DNA from: Candidatus Woesearchaeota archaeon | GTDB lineage: Archaea > Nanobdellota > Nanobdellia > Woesearchaeales > GW2011-AR4 | Length of the DNA stretch: 64,000 bases | Reading direction: 5' to 3' | Assembly: GCA_016185755.1 (NCBI GenBank) | Contig: JACPMX010000014.1 | Span: forward strand, 117,868-181,867 | In this document: positions 27,050 through 36,763 of the stretch, in pieces | Layout: each line of letters starts with the position of its first letter | How positions within the stretch are numbered: the stretch's first letter is position 1 | Notes under the pieces: model-generated | The model's input: only the letters and a program-made list of their open reading frames with translations | What the model was told of the DNA's origin: nothing | Databases searched by the model: none | Program-made: the position numbers and the translations under genes

Positions 27050-27493
27050 ATGTTAAGGTTTGAAAATATGAAAAAAGCCACCAATAATGAGAATTCAATG
27101 ACGTTTGAATCTAGGCATATCGGCGTTTCGATTGATTGCCGGGCTGATGAAGTTTACGAATTTTCCTCAAATCCTGAGAACCTGCCAAAATGGGCTGCTG
27201 GATTAAGCGGCTCCATAAAGAAAGTCAATGGCGACTGGATAGCAGAATCCCCAATGGGGAGAATCAAAATTAAATTTGCCGGCAAAAACAAATTTGGCAT
27301 TCTGGATCATGATGTGACTCTGCCAAATGGCGAGAAAACCTACAACCCAATGCGCGTATTTCCTAACGGCAGTGGCAGCGAACTAATCTTTACGCTGTAT
27401 CATCGCCCCGGCATGTCAGGCAAGATGTTTGCTGAGGATGCTAAGCTGGTTAAAGGAGATTTGGAAAAGTTAAAGTCATTGCTTGAAAAATAG
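27050..27493 (+). CDS. SRPBCC (AHSA1/START-like) domain protein
   Basis: 147 aa with helix-grip fold features. Confidence 0.5.
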   Translation: MLRFENMKKATNNENSMTFESRHIGVSIDCRADEVYEFSSNPENLPKWAAGLSGSIKKVNGDWIAESPMGRIKIKFAGKNKFGILDHDVTLPNGEKTYNPMRVFPNGSGSELIFTLYHRPGMSGKMFAEDAKLVKGDLEKLKSLLEK

Positions 27494-27653
27494 CAGGGCA
27501 CATGATTAAGGAGATGATGGAAACTCCTCTGCTGGTTCAAAGCGGATGCGCTACGCGTGTTTTGGACGATTGTGAATGTTTAAGCCAATTTGTTTACCAC
27601 TAACATTTATATAAGCAGTCAGTAATCCTAACATACACGGAGGCAGAGCAATC

Positions 27654-28058
27654 ATGGCTTATCTCGAAACAAAATACGGGGATTATCTGTATGTGGTTTT
27701 TCGCATGGGTGTTGGAGCATTATTCCTGATGCTTGGCATTCAAAAACTGCTTGGATTGTGGGGCATGCCCGGTGGCCCAGCTGCTTTTGGAACATTGATT
27801 TGGTACGCTGGCATTTTTGAAATCATGATTGGCTTATCATTGGCCACAGGCGTCCTGACACGGCTTGCATCTTTTTTTGGAGTCATAATGATGATTGTGG
27901 CTTACATATTGGGGCACGTTTCAGTAGGGGGCTGGAATCCTGCAGTCAATATGGGAATGCCTGCCTTGGCGTTCATGCTTGCATTCCTAGCCACTTTGGC
28001 ATTTGGCGCGAGAAGAGCCAGCCTGGAAAAAGCGGTCTTTGGGAAAGAAATCTTCTGA
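27654..28058 (+). CDS. DoxX-family membrane protein
   Basis: 134 aa, four TM segments, DoxX-like. Confidence 0.65.
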   Translation: MAYLETKYGDYLYVVFRMGVGALFLMLGIQKLLGLWGMPGGPAAFGTLIWYAGIFEIMIGLSLATGVLTRLASFFGVIMMIVAYILGHVSVGGWNPAVNMGMPALAFMLAFLATLAFGARRASLEKAVFGKEIF

Positions 28059-28108
28059 AACTTTTTCCGCAACATTTATAAAACACTATGCTATAATTAA
28101 GCAGCAAA

Positions 28109-30718
28109 ATGGCAGACAAGGAACTGAAATTAAAGGTTGCAGAGGCTATCCAGGATGATGTAAACAAAGGCATTGTTAGAATAGACTCCGGATATTTAAG
28201 CGAAGTGGATATAAAATCAGGCGACATAGTCGAGATAGAAGGCGAAAGAAAGACAGTTGCCATTGCAGACAGGTCATACCCCGGAGATATAGGATTGAAC
28301 ATCATCAGGATGGACGGAATAATTAGAAAAAATGCCAAGACCGGGATCGGAGAGATAGCAAAGATAAGAAAAGCCGTTGTAAAGGAGGCAAAAAAAGTCA
28401 TCATAGCTCCTGCAAGGAAGGGCATTGTCATAAGGGCGTCTTCTGAGATATTCAAGCAGGGGCTTCTGGGAAGGGCCGTTGTAAGGGGGGATATAGTTTC
28501 CTTGGGAGGGGCAAGAAGAAGAAAAACAACCATGATGAACAACCCTTTCTTTGACGAGGACATTTTCAGCATTCTTGATGAGAGCATGATGGGCATCGGC
28601 TTTGGGGACATCAAGTTTGTCGTTGTCGACACAAACCCGAAGCAGGCTGTCATCATCCTTGACCAGACTGAAATTGAGTTCAGGTCAGAGGCAGTTGAAA
28701 TAGAGGAGGAAAGAGTTCCCGACATAAGCTATGAAGACGTAGGCGGGCTTGAAGATGAGATAAAAAAAGTCAGGGAAATGGTTGAGCTGCCATTGAAGCA
28801 CCCTGAAATATTCGAAAGGCTTGGGATTGAAGCGCCAAAGGGTGTTTTATTGCATGGGCCTCCGGGAACCGGAAAGACTTTGCTTGCAAAGGCAGTTGCA
28901 AATGAGACAAATTCGCATTTTATCCTGATCAACGGGCCGGAAATCATGTCAAAATATTATGGACAAAGCGAGGAAAACTTAAGAAAGAAATTTGAGGAAG
29001 CCGAGAAAAACGCCCCTTCAATAATTTTCATTGACGAAATTGATGCGATTGCATCAAAGAGGGAAGATACAAGGGGCGAAGTTGAAAGAAGGGTAGTTGC
29101 CCAGCTGCTTGCCTTGATGGACGGCCTTCAGTCAAGAGGCAAGGTTGTTGTGATTGCAGCAACCAATGTTCCGAACATACTTGACCCTGCATTGAGAAGG
29201 CCGGGAAGGTTTGACAGGGAGATAGAGATTGGAGTTCCCGGCAAGGAAGGCAGGCTTAACATTTTAAAAATCCACACAAGAAACATGCCCATGTACACAA
29301 GGGAAAACATTGTCAAGGAAAGCAATTTCGAGCCCGAATACAAGGAAGCAATTTTGAATATTTTAAGGTACAAGGATGCAAACCCAAGAAGCCTTGAAAG
29401 GACAATAAGCAAATATCTTGTCGAGAACCCTGAAAAAAATGAGCTGTTCAAGAAGATAGACGTGTCAAAGCTCAGGAAATGCCTTGATAAGATAAACTAC
29501 GATGCAAAAATAGTCACCCTTAAGGAGCTTGCGGAAATAACCCATGGTTTTGTAGGCGCTGACCTTGCTTCATTGGCAAAAGAAGCAGCCATGATAGTCC
29601 TGAGAAAAGTGTTGCCTGACATCAAGCTTAAGGAAGATGAGCCGTTGCCGAAGGAGCTGCTTGAAAAGCTTGTTTTGACACAAACTGATTTTAAGGAAGC
29701 TTTGAAGGTTGTAAGGCCGTCTGCATTGAGGGAAGTGCTTGTTGAAATCCCAAATATCAAGTGGAGCGATATTGGCGGCTTGGCAAATGTCAAGCAGGAA
29801 TTGGTGGAAGCTGTTGAATGGCCATTAAAGCATCCTGAGGCTTTCAAAAGGCTTGGGGTAAGGCCGCCAAGAGGCATTTTACTGTTTGGAGCGCCCGGAA
29901 CCGGAAAGACCTTGCTTGCAAAGGCAGTTGCAAATGAGAGCGAAGCAAACTTTATTTTAGTAAAAGGCCCTGAATTGCTGAGCAAATGGGTTGGCGAAAG
30001 CGAAAAGGCCGTAAGGGAAGTGTTCAAGAAAGCCCGTCAAGTCAGTCCATGCATCATTTTCTTTGATGAGATAGACGCTTTGGCCCCAAGAAGAGGCCTG
30101 AGCTCGGACAGCCATGTAAGCGAAAGGGTTGTCAACCAGTTATTGACGGAGATTGACGGGCTTGAGGACTTGCATGATGTTGTTGTCATAGCAGCAACAA
30201 ACAGGCCCGACATTGTCGATACTGCTTTATTGAGGCCCGGACGATTTGACAGGATGATTTTGACCCCGATACCGGAGGAGCAGACAAGGCTTGAAATCTT
30301 TAAAGTCCATACAAAAGGAATGCCCATAAGCGTTGAGGAGCAGCCGATAAGGAAAAAGATGGTTGCTGCCAAGACAATAGGAAAAGGAGCTGCCCAGGTT
30401 GAATACGAAAATGAAAAATCTGCATTTGACAGGGAAGACATAAAAAGCAGGGAAGACATTTTGATGGCATTGGCAAAGAAGACAGAAGGTTATGTCGGGG
30501 CTGACATTGAGTCAGTGTGCAGGGAAGCCGCAATCCTCGCTTTGAGGGAAGACATTAATTCCAAGGAAATCTACAAGAAGCACTTTGAAAAAGCACTTGA
30601 GAAAGTAAGGCCTTCTGTCACAAAGGATGTTGAAAAAGCATACGAGGAATTGCAGGAGCACTTCACAGCTGCAAGGGCAAAGCAGATGCTGGATGAAAAG
30701 CCGGGTTATATGGGGTAA
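28109..30718 (+). CDS. cdc48: AAA+ ATPase Cdc48/VCP with extra insertions (869 aa)
   Basis: N domain plus two Walker A/B modules (GPPGTGKT twice). Each helical lid subdomain carries a 60-90-aa insertion. Confidence 0.9.
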   Translation: MADKELKLKVAEAIQDDVNKGIVRIDSGYLSEVDIKSGDIVEIEGERKTVAIADRSYPGDIGLNIIRMDGIIRKNAKTGIGEIAKIRKAVVKEAKKVIIAPARKGIVIRASSEIFKQGLLGRAVVRGDIVSLGGARRRKTTMMNNPFFDEDIFSILDESMMGIGFGDIKFVVVDTNPKQAVIILDQTEIEFRSEAVEIEEERVPDISYEDVGGLEDEIKKVREMVELPLKHPEIFERLGIEAPKGVLLHGPPGTGKTLLAKAVANETNSHFILINGPEIMSKYYGQSEENLRKKFEEAEKNAPSIIFIDEIDAIASKREDTRGEVERRVVAQLLALMDGLQSRGKVVVIAATNVPNILDPALRRPGRFDREIEIGVPGKEGRLNILKIHTRNMPMYTRENIVKESNFEPEYKEAILNILRYKDANPRSLERTISKYLVENPEKNELFKKIDVSKLRKCLDKINYDAKIVTLKELAEITHGFVGADLASLAKEAAMIVLRKVLPDIKLKEDEPLPKELLEKLVLTQTDFKEALKVVRPSALREVLVEIPNIKWSDIGGLANVKQELVEAVEWPLKHPEAFKRLGVRPPRGILLFGAPGTGKTLLAKAVANESEANFILVKGPELLSKWVGESEKAVREVFKKARQVSPCIIFFDEIDALAPRRGLSSDSHVSERVVNQLLTEIDGLEDLHDVVVIAATNRPDIVDTALLRPGRFDRMILTPIPEEQTRLEIFKVHTKGMPISVEEQPIRKKMVAAKTIGKGAAQVEYENEKSAFDREDIKSREDILMALAKKTEGYVGADIESVCREAAILALREDINSKEIYKKHFEKALEKVRPSVTKDVEKAYEELQEHFTAARAKQMLDEKPGYMG

Positions 30719-30787
30719 GCTGTTGCATTAATTTTGATTCCTTTAATTCCATAAATTATTTATAGACAAAACAAAATACTTAATAAA

Positions 30788-31048
30788 ATGCCAAAATTAA
30801 AGCCTTTACAGGTTGGATTGAGCTTGGGGATAACGCTTGTAGTCATCTACACTTTGCGCACACTTGTATATTGGCTGTTTCCCGGATTTGTCGTCACTTT
30901 AGCTCAAAAACTGCCTGCCGATATTGCTTCAATGCAGCCTTCGGCTGTTCTTATGCCTGCATATTTGGCTGGAATAATATTATTGTTTATCGCAGGATTC
31001 ATCTGGGGCGCTGTTTTTTCATATATCTATAATTGGATTGTAAAATAA
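30788..31048 (+). CDS. Small membrane protein
   Basis: 86 aa, two TM segments. Confidence 0.35.
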   Translation: MPKLKPLQVGLSLGITLVVIYTLRTLVYWLFPGFVVTLAQKLPADIASMQPSAVLMPAYLAGIILLFIAGFIWGAVFSYIYNWIVK

Positions 31049-31086
31049 TCCATAAACTTTAAATAAACTCGTTCTAATTTTTGCTT

Positions 31087-32382
31087 ATGAAACCGGAATC
31101 AGGAGATGTTGTAAAAGTCCATACTGCAGGGCAGGATTATGAAGGGATTCTGATGCCAAGGCCTGATATTTTCGAGAGAGACCATACCATAATCAAATTG
31201 GACAACGGCTATAACATTGGCATTGATAACAGCAAAATAAAGAAAATTGAAGTCGTTAAAAAATATGAAAAGAAAAAGGAAGAAACGCGCAAGCTGAGCC
31301 ATAAAAAAGGGTTGCCTACAATTTCTATACTCTCATTTGGAGGCACTATTTCTTCAAAAGTGGATTACAGGACTGGGGGAGTTTATGCTGACTACACTGC
31401 AGAGGATTTTGTGCAGATGCTGCCTGAGCTTGAGAATGTTGCTAACTTGAAGGCAGAGAAAGTAATGGGCATAATGAGCGAGGATTTTGATGCGGAAGTG
31501 TGGAAGCTTATGGCCAAAAGGATAGCAAAAGAGCTTAATGATGATGGAATTTCCGGGGTTATTGTGACTCAAGGGACCGACACTCTGCATTTTTCTACAG
31601 CAGCAATGTCCTTTTTTTTAAAGGACCTGAACAAGCCTGTTATATTTACAGCCAGCCAGAGAAGCATTGACAGAGGAAGCTCTGATGCATTTTCCAACCT
31701 GCTTTGTGCAGTTCATGCAGCGGCAAAGTTTGACGGGGCTGCTGTTGTAACTTGCATGCACGGAACAAGCAATGACGGGTTTTGCATATTAAATAGGGGG
31801 AGTAAGACCCGTAAAATGCACACCAGCAGACGAGATGCTTTCCGCCCAATTAATGAGCTGCCTCTTGCAAAAGTCTTTGAAGACGGAAAGATTGAGATTT
31901 TGAACAGGAATTACAACAAGAGGAATGAAAATAAAACTGAAGTTGTTGACAATTTTGAGCACAAGACTGCGCTTATTTACGTTTATCCCGGCATGGATCC
32001 TGAAATTCTTGATTATTACAGGAAAGAAAAGTATAAGGGAATTGTGATTGCAGGAACAGGGTTGGGGCATGTTTCAACATTAAACCCAAAACACTCATTA
32101 ATCAAAAAAATAAAAGAGTTAACTGATAATGGAATTCCAGTCATTATCACAAGCCAAACACTTTACGGCAGAGTGCATCCTTTTGTCTATTCTCCATTAA
32201 GGAAACTGTCAATTGAGCTAAACTGCATCTTTGCAGAAGACATGCTGCCTGAAGTTGCTTACATCAAGTTAGGATGGGTTCTGCCGCAGGCAAAGAATAC
32301 AGGGGAAGTAAAGGAAATGATGCTCACAAATTATGCTGGGGAGATAAGCGAGAGAAGCGATGAGGAAAGTTTTTTGTATTAA
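31087..32382 (+). CDS. gatD: Glu-tRNA(Gln) amidotransferase subunit D
   Basis: N-terminal GatD-specific domain plus asparaginase domain (SFGGTISS, GTDT motifs). Confidence 0.85.
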   Translation: MKPESGDVVKVHTAGQDYEGILMPRPDIFERDHTIIKLDNGYNIGIDNSKIKKIEVVKKYEKKKEETRKLSHKKGLPTISILSFGGTISSKVDYRTGGVYADYTAEDFVQMLPELENVANLKAEKVMGIMSEDFDAEVWKLMAKRIAKELNDDGISGVIVTQGTDTLHFSTAAMSFFLKDLNKPVIFTASQRSIDRGSSDAFSNLLCAVHAAAKFDGAAVVTCMHGTSNDGFCILNRGSKTRKMHTSRRDAFRPINELPLAKVFEDGKIEILNRNYNKRNENKTEVVDNFEHKTALIYVYPGMDPEILDYYRKEKYKGIVIAGTGLGHVSTLNPKHSLIKKIKELTDNGIPVIITSQTLYGRVHPFVYSPLRKLSIELNCIFAEDMLPEVAYIKLGWVLPQAKNTGEVKEMMLTNYAGEISERSDEESFLY

Positions 32383-32424
32383 CTAACAAAAACTTTATTA
32401 ACTCAAATTTAAAAGTTCAAAATA

Positions 32425-32913
32425 ATGTCGATAAAAATTTTAGTTACTGGCGGGACATTCGATAAAGAGTATAATGAGTTAGATGGGACTTTATTCTTTA
32501 AGGAAACGCATTTGGATTCAATGTTGAAAACTGCTAGAGCTAAACTTGATGTTAAAATAAGAACCGTAATGCTTATTGACAGTTTAGACATGACGGATTC
32601 TGATAGGAAACTTATTTTAGAAACTTGTAAAAAATCCATAGAAGACAAAATTCTAATAACACATGGAACCGATACTATGGTAGAAACTGCGCAAATTTTA
32701 GGAAAAAATATTGTGGACAAGACAATTGTACTAACAGGAGCTATGGTACCTTACATATTTAGAAGTTCTGATGGCTTATTTAATTTAGGCTGTGCATTGG
32801 CTTTTGTTCAGTCTTTGCCCAATGGTGTTTATATATCAATGAATGGAAAATATTTCCATTGGGATAATGTTAAAAAAATAAAAGAAATTGGAGAATTCAA
32901 AACAATTAAATAA
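32425..32913 (+). CDS. Stand-alone asparaginase N-domain-like protein
   Basis: 162 aa; LVTGGTFD and ITHGTDTM catalytic threonine motifs, no C-domain; AT-rich. Confidence 0.55.
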   Translation: MSIKILVTGGTFDKEYNELDGTLFFKETHLDSMLKTARAKLDVKIRTVMLIDSLDMTDSDRKLILETCKKSIEDKILITHGTDTMVETAQILGKNIVDKTIVLTGAMVPYIFRSSDGLFNLGCALAFVQSLPNGVYISMNGKYFHWDNVKKIKEIGEFKTIK

Positions 32914-32934
32914 AATCAAAAGATACTTTTTCTT

Positions 32935-33174
32935 ATGCTCCCCATCCACCAGCTATTAAATAAAATCAAGTGGGACAAAAGGGAAAATCCAGAAGAATAC
33001 TCAATTCTTTACCTTGACAGGATTTTAAACAAGCTGATTCAGATTCCTTACACAAGTATTAAAAAGATTGAGGGTTCTTTCATGGTTTTAGAGAATGTGG
33101 ATGAGACAAATATCCCTTTGCACAGGATTAAAAAAGTGATGAAAAACAATGTTGTTGTTTGGGAGAGAAGATGA
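32935..33174 (+). CDS. UPF0248/DUF504-family small protein
   Basis: 79 aa; KIKWDKRENPEEYSILYLDR...IPLHRIKKV pattern typical of the archaeal UPF0248 family. Confidence 0.45.
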   Translation: MLPIHQLLNKIKWDKRENPEEYSILYLDRILNKLIQIPYTSIKKIEGSFMVLENVDETNIPLHRIKKVMKNNVVVWERR

Positions 33175-33395
33175 GAATATACTACAAAATTCCGATAGCA
33201 GAAGTGGCAATGTTTCTTAGTGCTGTCACTGGTTCGATTGCAGGTTACTATGCAAATGACATCTTTAAATTACTTGGAGTTATTCCACCGAGTGAAAGCA
33301 GGAGAATGGATGCGGAGATAGGAGGACTAAGCGGCCTTATTAGTGGTATTTTGGTGGCATCAACTTTGGAGTCAAAAAGAAGAATAAATCAATAA
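33159..33395 (+). CDS. Small membrane protein
   Basis: 78 aa, two hydrophobic segments. Confidence 0.3.
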   Translation: MGEKMRIYYKIPIAEVAMFLSAVTGSIAGYYANDIFKLLGVIPPSESRRMDAEIGGLSGLISGILVASTLESKRRINQ

Positions 33396-33396
33396 A

Positions 33397-34803
33397 ATGT
33401 CCATTAACTATCAATCTTTAGGCTTCAGGTGCGGCCTCGAAGTCCACCAGCAGCTTGAAGGGAAAAAGCTGTTCTGCAGCTGCCCTACCTTGAATTCTGA
33501 CAGGGAGCCTGATATAAGGATAGAAAGAAGATTAAGGGCTGTTGCAGGAGAAACAGGCGATGTCGACGTTGCCGCTGAATTCGAGATGTCAAAAAAAAGG
33601 AAGTTCATTTACGAGGCTGATTCTGCTGATGTCTGCCTAGTCGAGACAGACGAGGAGCCGCCGCACGAGATAAATAAGACAGCTCTTGAAACAGCGCTCA
33701 AAATTTCTCTTTTATTGAATGCCAAGATTGTCGATGAAATCCAGGTGATGAGAAAAACAGTTGTTGACGGCAGCAATGTAAGCGGATTTCAAAGGACAGC
33801 TTTGGTGGCAATGGACGGCTTTATAGAAACTGCAAATGGCAAAGTAGGCATACCAACAATATGCCTGGAGGAAGAGGCAGCCCAAAAGCTGGAAGAAGGC
33901 AAAGATTTTGTGAAATACAGGCTGGACAGGCTCGGCATTCCCTTGATAGAAATAGCGACCGATGCAGGCATAAAAAGCGCGGAGCATGCAAAAGAGGCTG
34001 CAGCACATATTGGGATGATACTGAGAAGCGTTGAAAATGTAAAAAGAGGCCTTGGCACCATACGGCAGGATGTCAACATTTCAATAGAAAAAGGCGCAAG
34101 AACCGAGATAAAAGGCTTTCAGGATTTGAAAAGCATTCCAAAGGTGATAGAATACGAAGTCAAAAGGCAGCTTGATGCAATCAATCAGGGAAAAAAAATA
34201 AGCAAGGAAGTCAGGAAGGCAGAGCAGAATTTCACAACATCTTTCCTGAGGCCCTTGCCCGGGGCTGCAAGGCTCTATCCAGAGACAGACTGCATGCCTG
34301 TCAGAATAGGCAAAGATTACATTGAAAATCTGGAAAAATCGCTCCCAAAATTGCTGACTGAAAAAATCGAGGATTTTGAAAGAAAATATGAGCTTCAGAA
34401 AGGAATGGGCAAAGACCTGATTGGCACGGATTTCGAGCAGCTTGTGGAGAAATCAAAGCTGGAGCCCCTGATAGTGGCAAGGACAATCATCAACACTCCA
34501 AATGAGGTAAAGAAAAAACTGCAAACCAAGGATTTCGAGGAAATTTTGTCATATTATTCACAGGGAAGGATAGCAAAGGAAGCCATAGCAGACTTGCTTG
34601 AGAAAAGAGCTTCAGGCCAGGAAATTGACCTAAGCAAATTCCAGTCCATTTCCAGCGATGACTTGGAAAAAGAAATCAAGAAAACAATAGAGGAAAAACC
34701 GGGGCTTAACTTAAGCGCTTATATGGGGCTTGTGATGGCAAGGCACAGGGGAAAAGTGGATGGAAAGATTGTGATGGAGATATTAAAAAGAATTCTGAAA
34801 TAA
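33397..34803 (+). CDS. gatE: Glu-tRNA(Gln) amidotransferase subunit E
   Basis: 468 aa; GatE N-terminus MSINYQSLGFRCGLEVHQQL. Confidence 0.9.
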   Translation: MSINYQSLGFRCGLEVHQQLEGKKLFCSCPTLNSDREPDIRIERRLRAVAGETGDVDVAAEFEMSKKRKFIYEADSADVCLVETDEEPPHEINKTALETALKISLLLNAKIVDEIQVMRKTVVDGSNVSGFQRTALVAMDGFIETANGKVGIPTICLEEEAAQKLEEGKDFVKYRLDRLGIPLIEIATDAGIKSAEHAKEAAAHIGMILRSVENVKRGLGTIRQDVNISIEKGARTEIKGFQDLKSIPKVIEYEVKRQLDAINQGKKISKEVRKAEQNFTTSFLRPLPGAARLYPETDCMPVRIGKDYIENLEKSLPKLLTEKIEDFERKYELQKGMGKDLIGTDFEQLVEKSKLEPLIVARTIINTPNEVKKKLQTKDFEEILSYYSQGRIAKEAIADLLEKRASGQEIDLSKFQSISSDDLEKEIKKTIEEKPGLNLSAYMGLVMARHRGKVDGKIVMEILKRILK

Positions 34804-34842
34804 ATTAAATAAATTTTTAAATAAATTGATTATTCTTTTTTT

Positions 34843-35109
34843 ATGCAAAAAACAGCAAAACCGAATAGGGAATTTTTAGATATTAATTATCTAATTCCTA
34901 GTAGGAGGGATCTTGAAGGAAGGCTTGGGAGGTTTAGAATAATTTTAGATGACCAAGGCTATCCAATAAGAATAGAAAAAAGACACTCAACTTTAAAACC
35001 TGTTGGAGCTCCATTTTCTGAAGTCTCTATTCTGGGCCATCTTGTCGGCGATGGGGTTAGTGAAGAGGATTATCAAAAATACGTAAAGCCACATATAAGA
35101 TATCCATAG
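34843..35109 (+). CDS. Hypothetical protein (AT-rich islet)
   Basis: 88-aa ORF, lower GC than neighbours. Confidence 0.3.
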   Translation: MQKTAKPNREFLDINYLIPSRRDLEGRLGRFRIILDDQGYPIRIEKRHSTLKPVGAPFSEVSILGHLVGDGVSEEDYQKYVKPHIRYP

Positions 35110-35171
35110 AAACTCATTTTATAGGAAGTATTTAAAACAAACAAAAATTACATTTAATTGGTGAACTAAAA

Positions 35172-35414
35172 ATGGCATTCGGAAAGTTTGACAAGAGCCT
35201 GGACAAGGAATTGTTCTCGGAAACTATAAATTTTGAGACGTCAAGGATAACTGTGGGAGTGTTCTCATACAATGATGGCGAAAAGAAGATGCAGGTTTCA
35301 AGGGAGAACATGAACCAGGATGGTGAATGGTCCTTTGCAAAGCTAGGCAGGATGTTCAAGGACGAGGCAGAAAAAGTCATTCCGGTGATGGAAAAAGCGC
35401 TGAAGCATATGTGA
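35172..35414 (+). CDS. Possible PC4/YdbC-like ssDNA-binding protein
   Basis: 80 aa; pattern FSETINFETSRITVGVFSYNDGEKKMQVSRENMNQDGEWSFAKLGRMFKDE resembles the bacterial/phage PC4-like fold. Confidence 0.35.
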   Translation: MAFGKFDKSLDKELFSETINFETSRITVGVFSYNDGEKKMQVSRENMNQDGEWSFAKLGRMFKDEAEKVIPVMEKALKHM

Positions 35415-35481
35415 TAGTTCTAACTTTATAGTGGTAAAAAATAGAAATATTTAAAAAGATTAGTTACTTTGTAATATATAA

Positions 35482-36507
35482 ATGGGAAATTTTACAATAG
35501 ACGAGGCAACAGAGCAAATTCGAGAAATCCTAGATGAAAATGTGAGTATCATCCGCTCTTCTAGGCCTACACCTATGCTTCCAGAGTTAGTTCTTCAGAC
35601 AATTAAAAATTACCACTTGAAAATGAGGGTTGTTGAAAATTCCCGAAACGGCCAAACACTTGACATTTATTTTAGACTTAAGAAAGCCAAGGGATATGGC
35701 GATGATCCGGGTGTTGTTACGCCTTCCCAAATCTGGAATTTTGAATGGATTAATGCGTTAAATGACCAAGCTCACGAAGAAATAATATGTGCTTCCAGAG
35801 AAAAATACAAAACTAAAGTAAAACTTGTAGAAGGGCTCAGGACAGCAGAAGTAGAAAAAAGAGATAAACTAGCCGAAGCTGTAAAAGCAAATTATGGGGA
35901 CGAATCTCTTCAAGCAGCAGGTTTAACTTTTAGACAATCTGTTGAAGATAAATTTCCCTTACCCAGATATAAAGAACCTGCAAAAGCCAAAATTCCATAT
36001 CATGAAGGTGTTCTTGTGAAGGATGGAGATGAAAAATTTAAGACAGCTTACATCGAAGATTCATTAATCGTTAATACTTATGATTTAACTACGCCTCACC
36101 ACATTAAGGTAATATGGATAAATCATGGACATCATCCTAGCTTTCAAGTTTACTTAGATAATACCGCTAAAACTGTTAGAAGCAAAATTCCCCTCATCAA
36201 AATGCAAAGAGGCGTTTTATCTTACGGCAATTTCGGAAGTCTTGGAGATATTTGTAATACTCTCTCCGGTTCCCCCGATGGAGTTCCTCCAAGGGTACCT
36301 TCTGTACTTGACGAAATACGCAGAGAAAATTTTCAGGTATATGGTACCTATTCAAGACCAGGGCCATCTTTTTTTTACCAAACAGCTAGCGGTTTTCATC
36401 AGTTTAGGAGTGCATTAAAACGAGTAGTCGAATCAGGCAAGGATTTTCACAGAGAACTAAAAGATCCAATTCCAGAACCTTCGATAGCCAGTCTTTTGAC
36501 CACTTAA
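35482..36507 (+). CDS. Hypothetical protein (341 aa), no recognisable domain
   Basis: Long ORF with coding-like composition; contains an HGHHP motif. Confidence 0.45.
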   Translation: MGNFTIDEATEQIREILDENVSIIRSSRPTPMLPELVLQTIKNYHLKMRVVENSRNGQTLDIYFRLKKAKGYGDDPGVVTPSQIWNFEWINALNDQAHEEIICASREKYKTKVKLVEGLRTAEVEKRDKLAEAVKANYGDESLQAAGLTFRQSVEDKFPLPRYKEPAKAKIPYHEGVLVKDGDEKFKTAYIEDSLIVNTYDLTTPHHIKVIWINHGHHPSFQVYLDNTAKTVRSKIPLIKMQRGVLSYGNFGSLGDICNTLSGSPDGVPPRVPSVLDEIRRENFQVYGTYSRPGPSFFYQTASGFHQFRSALKRVVESGKDFHRELKDPIPEPSIASLLTT

Positions 36508-36534
36508 GAGTTTTCTGCTTTTTTCAAAAAAAAA

Positions 36535-36640
36535 CGCGCCGGGGAGGATTCGAATTCGGGATGAAAGAGCAGTTACTCGATCATGCCCCCGGCCTAGAGG
36601 TTAGGAACCTCTCGCTCTATCCAAGCTGAGCTACCGGCGC
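36535..36640 (-). tRNA. tRNA-Arg(CCU) with ~31-nt non-canonical intron in the T-arm
   Basis: Minus-strand acceptor GCGCCGG/CCGGCGC; D arm GCTC/GAGC; anticodon stem-loop AGAGG-TTCCTAA-CCTCT. T stem GGGGG/CCTCC is interrupted by CATGATCGAGTAACTGCTCTTTCATCCCGAA before TTCGAAT; discriminator G. Confidence 0.6.
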
Positions 36641-36763
36641 ATATAATAATAGAAAACACGGCATTTTAAAAAGCTTGTTTTTATGTTCAGCATTCTAAGG
36701 TGTTATGTTTATATCAAATTCCTGCAAAAACATTTATATATACTGACTAAATAGTCCCTATAT

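Noticed and set aside
28729-30533. Several 70-180-aa ORFs on the minus strand inside cdc48 (28729-28947, 29128-29451, 29497-30027, 30037-30459, 30300-30533), serine/leucine-rich
   Set aside because: They are antisense to a strongly supported long gene and have low-complexity composition typical of reverse-frame artefacts. The same applies to antisense ORFs inside atpI, dxs, hppA, the ligase gene and others.
34804-34850. Looked for a direct repeat of the tRNA-Arg 3' end at the gatE-proximal border of the AT-rich islet
   Set aside because: No match to the tRNA 3' segment was seen, so no att boundary is claimed for the islet.
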